Positions 9,219 through 19,081 of a DNA stretch of 64,000 nt are shown one piece after another. The DNA is from Candidatus Woesebacteria bacterium (GTDB lineage Bacteria; Patescibacteriota; Microgenomatia; UBA1400; UBA12028), in the NCBI GenBank assembly GCA_040006915.1, contig JBDTWD010000001.1:162229-226228 (forward strand). The letters run 5' to 3'. Below the pieces are notes generated by a model, which ran no database searches, was not told the DNA's origin, and saw only the letters and a list, made by a program, of their open reading frames with translations. The translations under genes were made by a program, and so were the position numbers. Position 1 is the stretch's first letter. Every line of letters starts with the position of its first letter.

Positions 9219-10130
9219 ATGATCAAACTAATTGGTTGGGTGAAAACCCATAAAGCGATCGTTTTACTTCTAGCTGTAATTGGTTTCTTGTTGTTTAAAT
9301 ACTTCACCCCTCGTGCATATTTGCTTTCAAACTCTACTGTAGCTCCATCAAATAACTTTGGAACGATGGAGGCTCAAAGTGACGCACGAGGCGGCAGCAC
9401 TGGTATTGCCAAGATGATGCCAATACAACCATATCCTCAAGCTGTACCTCCTTCAGACAGCGCGGTTCGCATGATCAGCACTGATACGAGTTTGTCACTA
9501 AAAGTTGACAACGTGGCCATGACGGTAGAGAGGATAGGACAAACGACAACAACCCTAGGTGGATATTTAATTGACTCTAACATCTCAGTTCCAGAAGGAG
9601 CCTCCAGTGGCTCAATTAATGTACGAGTCCCTTCGGAGAAGCGCGCTGAAGCCCTCGCTGCTTTTAAAGCACAAGGTGTCAAAACCGTTTCTGAGTATGT
9701 AGTGGGTCAAGATGTAACCGATCAATTTGTCGACAATGATGAAAAACTTCGAATCCTAGAGTCGACGAAGACTAAATTTGAAGCGATTTTAGCAGATGCA
9801 AAAAATGTGACTGAGATGCTCAATGTTCAACAACAACTCCTTTCTTTACAGCAGCAGATCGATACTATTAAGGGACAACAAAAATATCTCGAAGGCACAG
9901 CTAAGTATTCACGTATATCTGTGTATTTATCAACAGATGAACTCTCGCTTCCATATGCTCCAGTGACAAGTTGGAGACCCCAAGTGATCTTTAAAGAAGC
10001 CGTGCGCTCACTCATGCTCAATGCCAGAGCACTTGGAACACTCCTTATTTGGATTGCAGTGTATTCTCCAGTCGTAATTATAATTGCACTCATTGCCTGG
10101 TTACTGTATCGACGAATGAAAAATCGATAA
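9219..10130 (+). CDS. DUF4349-like envelope protein (N- and C-terminal TM helices with a central coiled coil)
   Basis: N-terminal TM, a Q-rich coiled coil (LNVQQQLLSLQQQIDTIKGQQKYLEG) and a C-terminal TM (VYSPVVIIIALIAWLLY). This architecture is typical of DUF4349. Confidence 0.45.
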   Translation: MIKLIGWVKTHKAIVLLLAVIGFLLFKYFTPRAYLLSNSTVAPSNNFGTMEAQSDARGGSTGIAKMMPIQPYPQAVPPSDSAVRMISTDTSLSLKVDNVAMTVERIGQTTTTLGGYLIDSNISVPEGASSGSINVRVPSEKRAEALAAFKAQGVKTVSEYVVGQDVTDQFVDNDEKLRILESTKTKFEAILADAKNVTEMLNVQQQLLSLQQQIDTIKGQQKYLEGTAKYSRISVYLSTDELSLPYAPVTSWRPQVIFKEAVRSLMLNARALGTLLIWIAVYSPVVIIIALIAWLLYRRMKNR

Positions 10131-10148
10131 AAAGAAAATAAAGTTTTT

Positions 10149-10523
10149 ATGCTCCAACCAATCCAGTCAGAACCGCAAAAAAAAGATACCATTCATGTGG
10201 TAGAAGACGCGATCGTTTCAAAATTAAAAAAAGAGTTTGCGCTCATACAACAGGCAAATAGTGCTGGAACTCTGAGTCGGGAACAGTTTACTAGAATCTA
10301 TGAGCTTATAGATGAGGCGCATTTGCATCCCAAAACCGAATATTCTCGTTATGATACGTACGAAATTACTCATTTGTGGTCTGAGATTCGCGATATAGGA
10401 AGAGACAAAGGTTTTCTGGTCAAACCCTATCAATCGGATTCTGAACCTCAAAAAAAAAGATCATACACTGGCTTCATCGAACTTTTAAAAAAGTATTCCG
10501 AGTTCCTCGGAATGAGGCGCTAA
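10149..10523 (+). CDS. Hypothetical small protein
   Basis: 124-aa ORF ending 7 nt before the convergent rarA stop. Confidence 0.35.
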   Translation: MLQPIQSEPQKKDTIHVVEDAIVSKLKKEFALIQQANSAGTLSREQFTRIYELIDEAHLHPKTEYSRYDTYEITHLWSEIRDIGRDKGFLVKPYQSDSEPQKKRSYTGFIELLKKYSEFLGMRR

Positions 10524-10529
10524 TACGTC

Positions 10530-11663
10530 TTATTGGATATATTTTTTATTCTTCAATTCCTCTGGAAGCAAACTCGTGTCCAGATAGCGTTCATATCCTT
10601 TTCCATATCCAAACTCTTTCATGAGTTTTGTGGGAGCATTGCGTAGACTCATGGGAATGGGAAGATTTCCATGCTGTTTCACGTCTTCAAGAGCTGCAAA
10701 GTAGGCATCATATGCGCGACGATCTTTTTTTGCCTGTGCTAGATACGCAGTCCCATGGGCCAAATTAATTTGTGCTTCTGGATATCCAATTCTGCTAACA
10801 GCTTCAAAAACTGCATTGGCTACTACGAGCGCAGTTGGCTGTGCCAGACCGATATCCTCAGATGCAAAGATTACCATCCGTCTGGCAATAAATTTTGGAT
10901 CCTCACCACTATCAACCATACGAGCTAGGTAATAGAGGGAAGCATTCACATCACTGGCTCTCATACTTTTGATATAGGCACTAATAGTGTTGTAGTGTTC
11001 TTCACCTTGCTTGTCATAGCGCAAGAACTTGTTCTGTAAGGTATTCTTTAACGCATCGATATCAAGGTTTTTGTAGAGGTTGTACGCATTATCAATCATG
11101 GTGATTGCTTGTCTGGCATCTCCATTTGCCATAGCAATCAGCCATTCTTTTGCTTCCTTATTCATTTTAGCTTTAAGTCTTTTTAAAGTCCGCAGAATAA
11201 TCTGCTGCATTTCTACTTCTGAGAGCGAATTTAAAACAAAAACGCGACAGCGAGAAAGCAATGGAGCAATCACTTCAAACGATGGGTTTTCAGTAGTAGC
11301 CCCAATGAGTGTCAGTTTTCCTGACTCAACGTATGGGAGTAGATAGTCTTGTTGAGCTTTATTAAACCGATGAATTTCATCTAAGAATAATACTACTGGT
11401 TTTTGATTTTCGCTTTCCACAATAGATCGAATATCTTCTTTCTTGGCACTAACCGCGGATAGTTCTATAAACTCTGCGTCGACAGATGCAGCCAGTATTT
11501 TAGCCAAAGTGGTCTTTCCCACTCCCGGTGGTCCCCAAAAGATCATTGAGAAAAGTTGTCTTTGTTGGATGGCAATACGTAGAGGCTTCCCTTCTCCCAC
11601 TAGATGGGATTGACCGATATAGTCATTAAGAGTTGTCGGCCGTAAATCAGTTGCGAGAGGCAT
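10530..11663 (-). CDS. rarA: Replication-associated recombination protein A (MgsA/RarA AAA+ ATPase)
   Basis: Walker A FWGPPGVGKTTLA, and ATTENPSFEVIAPLLSRCRVFVL (sensor/arginine-finger region typical of RarA). Start moved to the internal Met (MPLATDLRPTTLNDYIGQ) preceded by AGGAAA 8 nt upstream. The longer 11741 start has no RBS and adds 26 non-conserved residues. Confidence 0.85.
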   Translation of the reverse strand: MPLATDLRPTTLNDYIGQSHLVGEGKPLRIAIQQRQLFSMIFWGPPGVGKTTLAKILAASVDAEFIELSAVSAKKEDIRSIVESENQKPVVLFLDEIHRFNKAQQDYLLPYVESGKLTLIGATTENPSFEVIAPLLSRCRVFVLNSLSEVEMQQIILRTLKRLKAKMNKEAKEWLIAMANGDARQAITMIDNAYNLYKNLDIDALKNTLQNKFLRYDKQGEEHYNTISAYIKSMRASDVNASLYYLARMVDSGEDPKFIARRMVIFASEDIGLAQPTALVVANAVFEAVSRIGYPEAQINLAHGTAYLAQAKKDRRAYDAYFAALEDVKQHGNLPIPMSLRNAPTKLMKEFGYGKGYERYLDTSLLPEELKNKKYIQ

Positions 11664-11883
11664 AGGATATTTCCTTTGGATTAAGAGTGCGTAATCCGAT
11701 ATAGGAAGACAGAGAAATGAGTGCGATACCAAAAGCTGCAATATACGGTTCGCTTGTTGCTGATTTAGTTATCAAAATGGAAAGACAGCCACAGTAATCA
11801 AAAAGCACGAATAGCGCCAGACACGGCAGAAAAGGCGTCTTGTGTTCTACTGGAGTGCTAGTTTTTTCGACTGTATTCGTCAT
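11647..11883 (-). CDS. Hypothetical small membrane protein
   Basis: 78-aa ORF with one or two hydrophobic helices, located between the secA-proximal membrane ORF and rarA. Weakly supported. Confidence 0.25.
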   Translation of the reverse strand: MTNTVEKTSTPVEHKTPFLPCLALFVLFDYCGCLSILITKSATSEPYIAAFGIALISLSSYIGLRTLNPKEISYASRN

Positions 11884-12205
11884 TAGGTAAAAGTGAGAAT
11901 AGTGCTGGTAAAATTAAAATGATCATTGCTCCCAAATCAAAGAGTGAAAATATGGCGACTAGAGAGGTTAGAGCAATTCTCTTTGTTCTTCCTTTTCGCT
12001 GGCATATTAACAACGAAAAGATAATTGCACTTAGGCTTGTGATAGCCGGTCCTATCAGTGGTCTTACACGGATATACTCGACAGGGACAAAAGTGGAAAT
12101 AACTATAGACAGAATCAAACCGCAAACAACCATCACAACATATAACACAATGGCTTGCAGTACAGTTCGTCTTTTTGTCCACCACTCAGAATAACTATTT
12201 TCCAT
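11858..12205 (-). CDS. Hypothetical membrane protein (3-4 TM helices)
   Basis: Start trimmed to the internal ATG at 12205 (MENSYSEWW...) so that it overlaps the secA stop by only 11 nt. Strongly hydrophobic. Confidence 0.35.
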   Translation of the reverse strand: MENSYSEWWTKRRTVLQAIVLYVVMVVCGLILSIVISTFVPVEYIRVRPLIGPAITSLSAIIFSLLICQRKGRTKRIALTSLVAIFSLFDLGAMIILILPALFSLLPNDEYSRKN

Positions 12206-14999
12206 GACACTTTTTATATTTTTTCCCACTGCCACATGGGCATGGATCATTGCGGCCAATTTTGGGAGCGCTGACTCCAGCTTCACTGTGACCAGTATCA
12301 GTTTTAGCGGTTGCAAGAGCATTGGCTAGATCACTCAAAGATCCTTTGGTTGAGGTTGGCGATGATTTTGCTCCTTTGGCAGCAAACGTTTGCTGCTTGA
12401 TTGCCGAACCTACAGTTACAGTATCATGACGAGCCACTCCAGCTTGAGGATTAATGATTGTTGGCCCTGCCGGCGCATCCGAAAGATGTACTCTAAAGAT
12501 TTTGTGGGCGATAGAGGTATCAATAGTCGCAATCAACTTCTCAAACATCTGGAAACTTTCTTTTTTGTAAGCAGCTTCACTCGCTTGCTTATCGCCACGC
12601 AGCCAAATACCTTCTCGTAAGTTCTCCATTTCGTCGAGATGATCCATCCAGTGTTGATCGATTGTTGTTAAGATTGTTGATGATTCTATATCACGCATCA
12701 AGGTTTTTCCAACCACTTCTTCACGTTGATCGTAGGTCGAGTGGGCAATATTTTGCAAAGTCTCAATCATTGCAGTCATTTCTTTGACGCCGAGCAGTTG
12801 ATCACGCAACTCTTTTTGCGATGCATCATCAAAAGGAATAATACTAATAAATTCTTTGACGATTGCATCAACTTCATCATCAGAAAAGTTATCTGGAGAA
12901 CGAGACACCACCACATCTTCAATCTCTTTATCAATGATGGAGAGAATTTGTTCTTTAGATTTCGGTAACTCTCCAGCCTCTTCTTTATGAGGGGCGGCCA
13001 TTAATTCCAAAAGTTTACGGCGACGCTTGTACACCACGTCACGCTGTTTGTTCATGACATCATCAAGTTCAACCAAACGCTTTCGTTGATCAAAGAAAAA
13101 TCCTTCAACTTTGATTTGTGCTTGTTCTATCGCTCGGCCCACCATACCAGCTTCAATCGGCTGATCTTCATCCATCTTTAATGCTGTCATTAATCTTGCG
13201 ATGGTGTCACCACCGAAAATGCGCATGATCTCATCATCCAGGGAAATATAAAAACGTGACGTTCCTGGGTCACCTTGGCGTCCTGCACGACCTCGTAGCT
13301 GATTATCAATACGTCTTGATTCGTGACGTTCAGTTCCTAAAATATGTAAGCCACCAAGACTGACAACTTCTTCATGCCGCTTCTGCCACTCTTGAAGTGC
13401 TTTTTTAAACTTTTCTGGAGTATCAAAATCACGCAACTCAGGTTTGGCTCCTCCTAAGATGATATCGACACCACGTCCGGCGATATTAGTAGCAACGGTG
13501 ACCGCACCAGGTCGTCCAGCATCGGCGATGATGAAAGCCTCTTTTTCATTATTCTTAGCGTTTAGAACTTGATGGGGAATTCCTTTATGTTCCAAAAGGT
13601 CGGAGATCATCTGGTTAATCTCAATGGAACGAGTACCTAAAAGAATCGGCTGACCATTCTTATGTGTCTCGTCTACCTCTCTAACGATTGCATCGTACTT
13701 CGCTCTATCGGTTTTGTAGACTACATCAGGGTAATCTTTTCGTTGTACCGGCTTATGGGTAGGAATCGGAAGCACATCAACTTTATAGATTTTATGGAAT
13801 TCTTCACTTTCAGTGACCGCAGTTCCAGACATTCCTGAAAGTTTCTCATAGAGACGGAAATAATTTTGCAAAGAAATGGTGGCTAGTGTTCGCGATTCTT
13901 GCTGGATCTTAACGTCTTCTTTGGCTTCAATGGCTTGATGTAGTCCATCGCTATATCGGCGTCCGTACATTAACCGTCCAGTGTGTTCATCAACGATGAT
14001 GACCTCTCCATCTTTCACGATATACTCTTTGTCCTTATGAAACAGTGCGTGAGCTTTTAATGCGGCTTCGGTATGGTGAATAGTGTCAAATCCTTGCTCG
14101 TAGAGATTCTCAATTCCAAGTTTCTTTTCTATTCGCTTAATTCCAAGATCGGTTAAAGACACAGCTCGCATTTTTTCATCGACTTTATAATCACTGTCAC
14201 GAGTCAGGATCGTGACCAGTTTGGCAAATTCATAGTATTTACTCGTCGGATCTGTGTCAGGAGCAGAAATGATTAGTGGAGTACGTGCTTCATCAATTAA
14301 GATTGAGTCAGCTTCATCAACGATGGCAAAATAGTGGCCACGCTGCACTACATCGACGAGTCGTTGTGCCATGTTATCGCGCAGATAATCAAAGCCAAAC
14401 TCATTGTTTGTTCCGTAGGTGACATCAGCACCATAAGCTTCTTTCCGTGTGACATCACGGAAATGCTCTAATCGATCATCTCCCTTTTCTTTGGAACGGA
14501 AATCAGGATCGTATAGGTATGCTTTGTCATGAATGATAATACCGACACTCACTCCTAAGAGATGATAGACCGGTCCCATCCATCCAGCACCAAGCTGAGC
14601 CAGATAGTCGTTTACTGTGACCAAATGTGCTCCCTTACTGGTGAGAGAATTTAAATACAGTGGAAGAGTGGCAGAAAGAGTTTTTCCTTCACCCGTTTTT
14701 TGTTCAGCTATTTTGCTCTCATGAAACGCAATACCGGCAATTAACTGAACGTCGTAATGAGACAGTCCTATTGTTCGTTTAGCGGCCTCACGAACCAAGG
14801 CGAAACTTTCCGGCAATACTACATCTAAACTTTCACCACCTACTACACGCTCCCGGAGCTTTTGTGTACGTTTAGCAAAGTCTTTTTCCTTGAGTTTAGT
14901 CATTTCATCATCAAAGCTATGAATTTGTTCAATGATCTTTTGATATGACGCAATGGTCTTGTTTGGGGATGAGAAAATGTTCGATAGAAATGAGAGCAT
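12195..14999 (-). CDS. secA: Preprotein translocase ATPase SecA
   Basis: 934 aa with DEAD-like motor motifs and a C-terminal zinc-binding tail [16 protein letters not shown]. Confidence 0.95.
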   Translation of the reverse strand: MLSFLSNIFSSPNKTIASYQKIIEQIHSFDDEMTKLKEKDFAKRTQKLRERVVGGESLDVVLPESFALVREAAKRTIGLSHYDVQLIAGIAFHESKIAEQKTGEGKTLSATLPLYLNSLTSKGAHLVTVNDYLAQLGAGWMGPVYHLLGVSVGIIIHDKAYLYDPDFRSKEKGDDRLEHFRDVTRKEAYGADVTYGTNNEFGFDYLRDNMAQRLVDVVQRGHYFAIVDEADSILIDEARTPLIISAPDTDPTSKYYEFAKLVTILTRDSDYKVDEKMRAVSLTDLGIKRIEKKLGIENLYEQGFDTIHHTEAALKAHALFHKDKEYIVKDGEVIIVDEHTGRLMYGRRYSDGLHQAIEAKEDVKIQQESRTLATISLQNYFRLYEKLSGMSGTAVTESEEFHKIYKVDVLPIPTHKPVQRKDYPDVVYKTDRAKYDAIVREVDETHKNGQPILLGTRSIEINQMISDLLEHKGIPHQVLNAKNNEKEAFIIADAGRPGAVTVATNIAGRGVDIILGGAKPELRDFDTPEKFKKALQEWQKRHEEVVSLGGLHILGTERHESRRIDNQLRGRAGRQGDPGTSRFYISLDDEIMRIFGGDTIARLMTALKMDEDQPIEAGMVGRAIEQAQIKVEGFFFDQRKRLVELDDVMNKQRDVVYKRRRKLLELMAAPHKEEAGELPKSKEQILSIIDKEIEDVVVSRSPDNFSDDEVDAIVKEFISIIPFDDASQKELRDQLLGVKEMTAMIETLQNIAHSTYDQREEVVGKTLMRDIESSTILTTIDQHWMDHLDEMENLREGIWLRGDKQASEAAYKKESFQMFEKLIATIDTSIAHKIFRVHLSDAPAGPTIINPQAGVARHDTVTVGSAIKQQTFAAKGAKSSPTSTKGSLSDLANALATAKTDTGHSEAGVSAPKIGRNDPCPCGSGKKYKKCHGK

Positions 15000-15015
15000 A
15001 GGGGGTCATTCTAAC

Positions 15016-15044
15016 AAAAAAAAGTCCCGGCGTACACCGGGACC
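15016..15044 (-). terminator. Rho-independent terminator downstream of the small basic protein gene
   Basis: Minus-strand hairpin GGUCCCGGUGUACGCCGGGAC (plus 15024-15044) followed by U8 (plus A-run 15016-15023). Confidence 0.5.
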
Positions 15045-15068
15045 TTTACACTTCAAAAACTACCCAAC

Positions 15069-15209
15069 TTATCGAGCCGAAGCGCGACGAGTGGCTTTTT
15101 TCTTTGGAGCTGCTTTCTTCGCAACTTTCTTCACTGCTTTTACTACCTTCTTCACAGCCTTTTTGACTGTTTTTTTGGCTGCTTTCGCCTTGACTTTGGA
15201 AACGCCCAT
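15069..15209 (-). CDS. Small lysine/alanine-rich basic protein (46 aa, histone H1/Hc1-like AKK repeats); not in the ORF track
   Basis: Manual translation gives MGVSKVKAKAAKKTVKKAVKKVVKAVKKVAKKAAPKKKATRRASAR. A GGAGGAA Shine-Dalgarno sits 6 nt upstream of the ATG at 15209-15207, a TAA stop at 15071-15069, and an intrinsic terminator follows. Confidence 0.5.
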   Translation of the reverse strand: MGVSKVKAKAAKKTVKKAVKKVVKAVKKVAKKAAPKKKATRRASAR

Positions 15210-15408
15210 ACGTTCCTCCTTTTATTTGAATTTCTCACTACTATGAATATAGAGTGTGAGAAAAATATGTACTATATTCAGTTAAGAGAAATACGCACAG
15301 AGTGTCAAGATGCAATTAGAATTCTGAAACGGAAGAGCATCAAGTATAGCCGATATTGAATAAGAAGGATAGCCTTTTTTTTTATTGTGTAAAACGTATT
15401 GTTAGGTC

Positions 15409-16608
15409 ATGATCGATTCGCAAGAACACTCATATACTCAATTCGCTTTTCCATTTGCAGATAATGTAACTACATCTAAGAGACAAACTGCCGTACAAAT
15501 ATCGACCAGCGGCTACGAAGTGTGGCAAGACTTCTACAACAACGATATACGGTGGGACGAACTGTTCGAAAAACTTTTGGCATCCTTATCTCCCATGTAC
15601 GTGGGAATCATCGGACATACCTATCTTCAGTTCTCTTCTATGTTCATGCAGATAGCCAAACTACACAGTGAAGATGTGTACATGAGACCAGAGCATTATT
15701 CGCTTTATATGGACAAAACCCTTGGTCCGGTATTTCAATTACTCTTTTCGAGTATTGATGTAACTGGAGAACTATTTGAGAAAAGATCAGCCTTTGATTT
15801 GGCATGGGCACTAACGGCGGGGTGGAGATCACAGCATAATTTCTACGATCGAGTTCCAAAACTGAGTCAAATGACATTAAGCGAACATATACTGTATGAG
15901 CCGAATTATCGTGAAGATAGATGGTTTGATAGTGAGAGTGAATTAGGAGTAAGTCCAAAGCTTGAGCAGCTCCATGAAAACACCGAGTTTGTTTTTGAAC
16001 GTGATGTGTCATTTGGAGGCAAAATAGATTTTGTATCGGAAGTTCCAATGAACGCGTATCTTTGGACGGAATACGGTCAGTTGATGAGCTGGATACGGCC
16101 TGATAGAGTCAGTGTTGATAAAGAAACCGGAATAATTACCGTACAAAATATTAAATTTACGAAACCAAAAAATCGTAGCGATCTAGAAGCTATTGATTGG
16201 ATTCAAATAACTTTAGAGGCATTAGCCGGTCGTAAAATTGCACAAAAGGCAAAGCTTCTTGGTAATCGTAGGAAAACACAATTTTCGAAGCCTCTCTTTG
16301 CTGAATATCGAGTCGAAGATTTAGAACTCTATCTGCCTAAAATTAAGGTTGAATATGTCTATCCTAATACAGCAGATGGGAATTCTTTTCTTCATTGTGA
16401 CTTTACTCCCACTTCCACAGAATTAGCTGCTGTCGCTTATTCTCTTGGATATATTGCTCGTGACTTAAATACAGAAAGCAAACGAAACTCATTTTATAAA
16501 TACAGTCAGATACGCAAAAAAAGAATTGAAGGCATCACTCCAAAGACTATGATCGTTCCCACCCTTCCTGTGCAACCGATTATTCGCCAATTTTTATCTA
16601 CTTTGTAG
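15409..16608 (+). CDS. Hypothetical protein (399 aa)
   Basis: Long clean ORF with no recognisable motif. It is the only plus-strand gene in a run of minus-strand genes and overlaps the serS stop by 11 nt. Confidence 0.45.
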   Translation: MIDSQEHSYTQFAFPFADNVTTSKRQTAVQISTSGYEVWQDFYNNDIRWDELFEKLLASLSPMYVGIIGHTYLQFSSMFMQIAKLHSEDVYMRPEHYSLYMDKTLGPVFQLLFSSIDVTGELFEKRSAFDLAWALTAGWRSQHNFYDRVPKLSQMTLSEHILYEPNYREDRWFDSESELGVSPKLEQLHENTEFVFERDVSFGGKIDFVSEVPMNAYLWTEYGQLMSWIRPDRVSVDKETGIITVQNIKFTKPKNRSDLEAIDWIQITLEALAGRKIAQKAKLLGNRRKTQFSKPLFAEYRVEDLELYLPKIKVEYVYPNTADGNSFLHCDFTPTSTELAAVAYSLGYIARDLNTESKRNSFYKYSQIRKKRIEGITPKTMIVPTLPVQPIIRQFLSTL

Positions 16609-17869
16609 AACTCTTGGAAATAACAGCTTGATCCATGTATGGTATGAGCACTTCAGGGACTTTAATACTTCCATCTTCTTGCTGATAGTTCTCAATTACT
16701 GCAGCTAAGAGCCTTGGAGTTGCAGCGACAGTATTGTTTAAGGTATATACATACTTTAGTGTTCCATCACTGGCACGATACCTGATATTTAATCGCCTGG
16801 ATTGAAAATCATTAAAATAACTGGCACTATGTGTTTCTCGAAACGCGTTCTGTCCAGGAAACCAAGTCTCAATATCATATTTTTTGCGCTGCCCAGCCCC
16901 CATATCTCCAGTACACATGGATAGAACTTGATATGAAAGCCCAAGCGTCTGCAAGAGCTCTTCAGAGAATCCAACCATCTTTTCGTGCCACTCTTTCGTC
17001 AAGCTCTCATCTGCGACTGTTAACACGACTTGTTCCACCTTTGTAAATTGATGAACGCGGAAGAATCCTTTGGTGTCTTTTCCATATGATCCGACTTCAC
17101 GACGAAAACATGGAGAAATACCGACCATTTTAATTGGCAAATCTTTTTCATTGAGGGTTTCATTTTGATGATAGGCAGTTAAAGAAACCTCAGCAGTTCC
17201 GATCAATCCTTGTCCATCCTGAGTCGTATAGTGATCTTCAATCCCCCACGGAAAGTATCCTGTTCCCCAAAGTGCTTCTTTATTCACCATCCATGGAACC
17301 GACATCGGAGTGAAACCTTTATTTACAAGGAGTTTTAAAGCGTATTGATGGAGCGCCATTTCCAAAAGCATAAGATCGCCTTTGAGAATGTATGCACGTC
17401 GTCCTCCTATAGCTACAGCTCGCTCGCTATCAAACATTCCCAGATTTTCTGCCAATTCGTAGTGTGACTTTGGTTGAAACGTAAAGGTCGGTTTTTTACC
17501 TACAGTACGCACTACGACATTCTCTGTTTCATCTTTACCAACTGGAGTATCTTCTGAGGCTGGATTTGGCACCTGTAGCATCACTGTTTTAAATTGTTCT
17601 TCGACTTCTTTTAGTTTTGGTTCAAGACCTGAAAGTTCTTCTTTAAAGGTTCTCCCTGTCACTATTTCTTCAGCTGTTGGCTTTCTGCCCTTAATGGTTG
17701 CAATATGCTCGTTCGCAGCTTTTCGAATAGCTTCAACTTGCGCAATCAAAGCACGACGTTCTTCATCGATAACCAAAACTTGATCAACCAAGCTCACATC
17801 CATTTGCTTGTCAGCAATTGCTTTTTTTAGCTCATCTGCATGTTGTTGTATGTATTTAATATCTACCAT
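16598..17869 (-). CDS. serS: Seryl-tRNA synthetase
   Basis: N-terminal MVDIKYIQQHADELKKAIADK (SerRS coiled-coil arm) followed by a class II catalytic core. Confidence 0.9.
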   Translation of the reverse strand: MVDIKYIQQHADELKKAIADKQMDVSLVDQVLVIDEERRALIAQVEAIRKAANEHIATIKGRKPTAEEIVTGRTFKEELSGLEPKLKEVEEQFKTVMLQVPNPASEDTPVGKDETENVVVRTVGKKPTFTFQPKSHYELAENLGMFDSERAVAIGGRRAYILKGDLMLLEMALHQYALKLLVNKGFTPMSVPWMVNKEALWGTGYFPWGIEDHYTTQDGQGLIGTAEVSLTAYHQNETLNEKDLPIKMVGISPCFRREVGSYGKDTKGFFRVHQFTKVEQVVLTVADESLTKEWHEKMVGFSEELLQTLGLSYQVLSMCTGDMGAGQRKKYDIETWFPGQNAFRETHSASYFNDFQSRRLNIRYRASDGTLKYVYTLNNTVAATPRLLAAVIENYQQEDGSIKVPEVLIPYMDQAVISKSSTK

Positions 17870-17887
17870 AGATTCCTTTCATTGAAA

Positions 17888-18106
17888 TTACATTATCCGT
17901 TTTCGCATTGAACGATACTTAGATCCCACCAACAAACCGATAAGTTCATGTAATGGTAACTCTGTGTAATCAAAGTCGACACCTTTTCCTTTATGATTAA
18001 GATCTTGAATTTCTCCATGCATTAAAATTTCAATCACCATCAATCGCCGGTGTTCATTGCTGACCGCTGCATTGTATTTACTCCAAAATAATTCGGCTGT
18101 TTGCAT
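17888..18106 (-). CDS. Hypothetical small ORF (72 aa) between the T-box terminator and serS
   Basis: The ORF begins immediately after the terminator U-tract with no room for an RBS. It may be a leader peptide, a small protein, or non-coding. Confidence 0.2.
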   Translation of the reverse strand: MQTAELFWSKYNAAVSNEHRRLMVIEILMHGEIQDLNHKGKGVDFDYTELPLHELIGLLVGSKYRSMRKRIM

Positions 18107-18313
18107 AAAAAAACCACGCTACTTACATCCAGGAAAGGACGCTTTTTTGCGTGGTGCCACCTTACTTACTTCTTTATCCAGCTATCCTGGGCTTACCCAG
18201 CCCGCATTTGACGGGCAGCGCGGTTGGTTGCTACACCACCGATCGCTTCTTTATTAGAAATATCATACACCCTCCTTCACCATTTTCAAGGAATAGCCTG
18301 GGAGGCTATATCC
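18107..18313 (-). promoter_or_regulatory. T-box riboswitch leader upstream of the small-ORF/serS operon
   Basis: Minus-strand RNA contains AAGGUGGCACCACGC (plus 18149-18163): A1 AAGG, a 7-nt bulge UGGCACC, and A2 ACGC-AAAAAA-GCGU closed by CCUU. The competing terminator CCACGC...GCGUGG is followed by U7 (plus 18107-18119). Bulge position N is C, matching the G73 discriminator of tRNA-Ser. A structured upstream region includes the hairpin GGAUAUAGCCUCCCAGGCUAUUCC. Confidence 0.6.
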
Positions 18314-18760
18314 TTATTCGTTCTTCCTATGCCTCCACAGTTCGGTTGAACCGTAGAACGTAATGCCTAACAGTATCAAACAACGCGAAACAACCCCTAC
18401 TGGAATTGTCTCCAACTGGAGATATACTGCGGCTCTTAACAGACAGAGAGCAAAAACAACGGCTGCTATTTCTTGGACTAATCGCTTGTGATTTTTCCAA
18501 ACGTTTTTTGCAGTTTCCCGATACATTCCCGAAAGAATGCAGAGAACCCCTACAACCATAAACAGAGCTGCGGCTATATAGTCATTGTCAAGAAACATCG
18601 CTATCGAAGCGAGCTCCATACAAGCTCCGCACGTCATTATTCCTGTCACAATTGTAGGGCCGTCACTGTAGATCCACCAAACACTTACTATGAGACCAAT
18701 ATCCACGAAACACATTAAAAGCAGTGGAAATATGTCTCTAAATACAGTAAACATACACAC
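18314..18760 (-). CDS. Hypothetical integral membrane protein (4 TM)
   Basis: 148 aa, highly hydrophobic. Confidence 0.4.
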   Translation of the reverse strand: MCMFTVFRDIFPLLLMCFVDIGLIVSVWWIYSDGPTIVTGIMTCGACMELASIAMFLDNDYIAAALFMVVGVLCILSGMYRETAKNVWKNHKRLVQEIAAVVFALCLLRAAVYLQLETIPVGVVSRCLILLGITFYGSTELWRHRKNE

Positions 18761-18806
18761 TACCCTTCTCCTCCCAGGCGATAAGTATTATACCCTATAG
18801 TACATA

Positions 18807-19073
18807 TTACTGAATATATGCTGCGTTGGTTGGGACAAAAAGACTAGTGGCTTCGTAGTACGCGACTTCGAGATACAAATCTCGAGTGATTTCATCAATC
18901 ATTGCCCAAGAGGGCATACGCGATCCTCGTTTACGTTTTATTTCAAACATTTCTTCGGCTCGTTGGAAAATCGCAAACTGAATATCCCCAGGGAGACCGT
19001 ACAACATAATTGCAATCTCTCTGTGGTAACTCCCCATCTCCTCTGCATAGCTCCAAACTTCATCAGAAATCAT
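18807..19073 (-). CDS. Hypothetical small protein
   Basis: 88-aa ORF directly downstream of lysS on the same strand. Confidence 0.3.
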   Translation of the reverse strand: MISDEVWSYAEEMGSYHREIAIMLYGLPGDIQFAIFQRAEEMFEIKRKRGSRMPSWAMIDEITRDLYLEVAYYEATSLFVPTNAAYIQ

Positions 19074-19081
19074 AGACTCTC

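Noticed and set aside
11664-11741. N-terminal 26-aa extension of RarA (MQLLVSHSFLCLPISDYALLIQRKYP)
   Set aside because: No RBS precedes it and it is not a conserved RarA N-terminus. The internal ATG at 11663 has a good AGGAAA SD
12206-12322. Longer start for the membrane ORF, overlapping secA by 127 nt
   Set aside because: An internal ATG at 12205 gives only an 11-nt overlap with the secA stop and removes a non-hydrophobic extension that is out of character with the rest of the protein
14953-15246. 97-aa plus-strand ORF (Phe/Ala/Thr-rich)
   Set aside because: Low-complexity translation antisense to a well-formed minus-strand gene (SD, 46-aa lysine-rich protein, terminator). It is most likely the antisense shadow of the AAG/AAA-rich coding strand
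18107-18400. Possible RNase P RNA, 6S RNA or SRP RNA in the structured non-coding region upstream of serS
   Set aside because: No CR-I/CR-V RNase P blocks, no SRP domain IV motif and no tRNA-like end were found. The region is instead explained by a T-box (UGGCACC bulge with an antiterminator/terminator switch)
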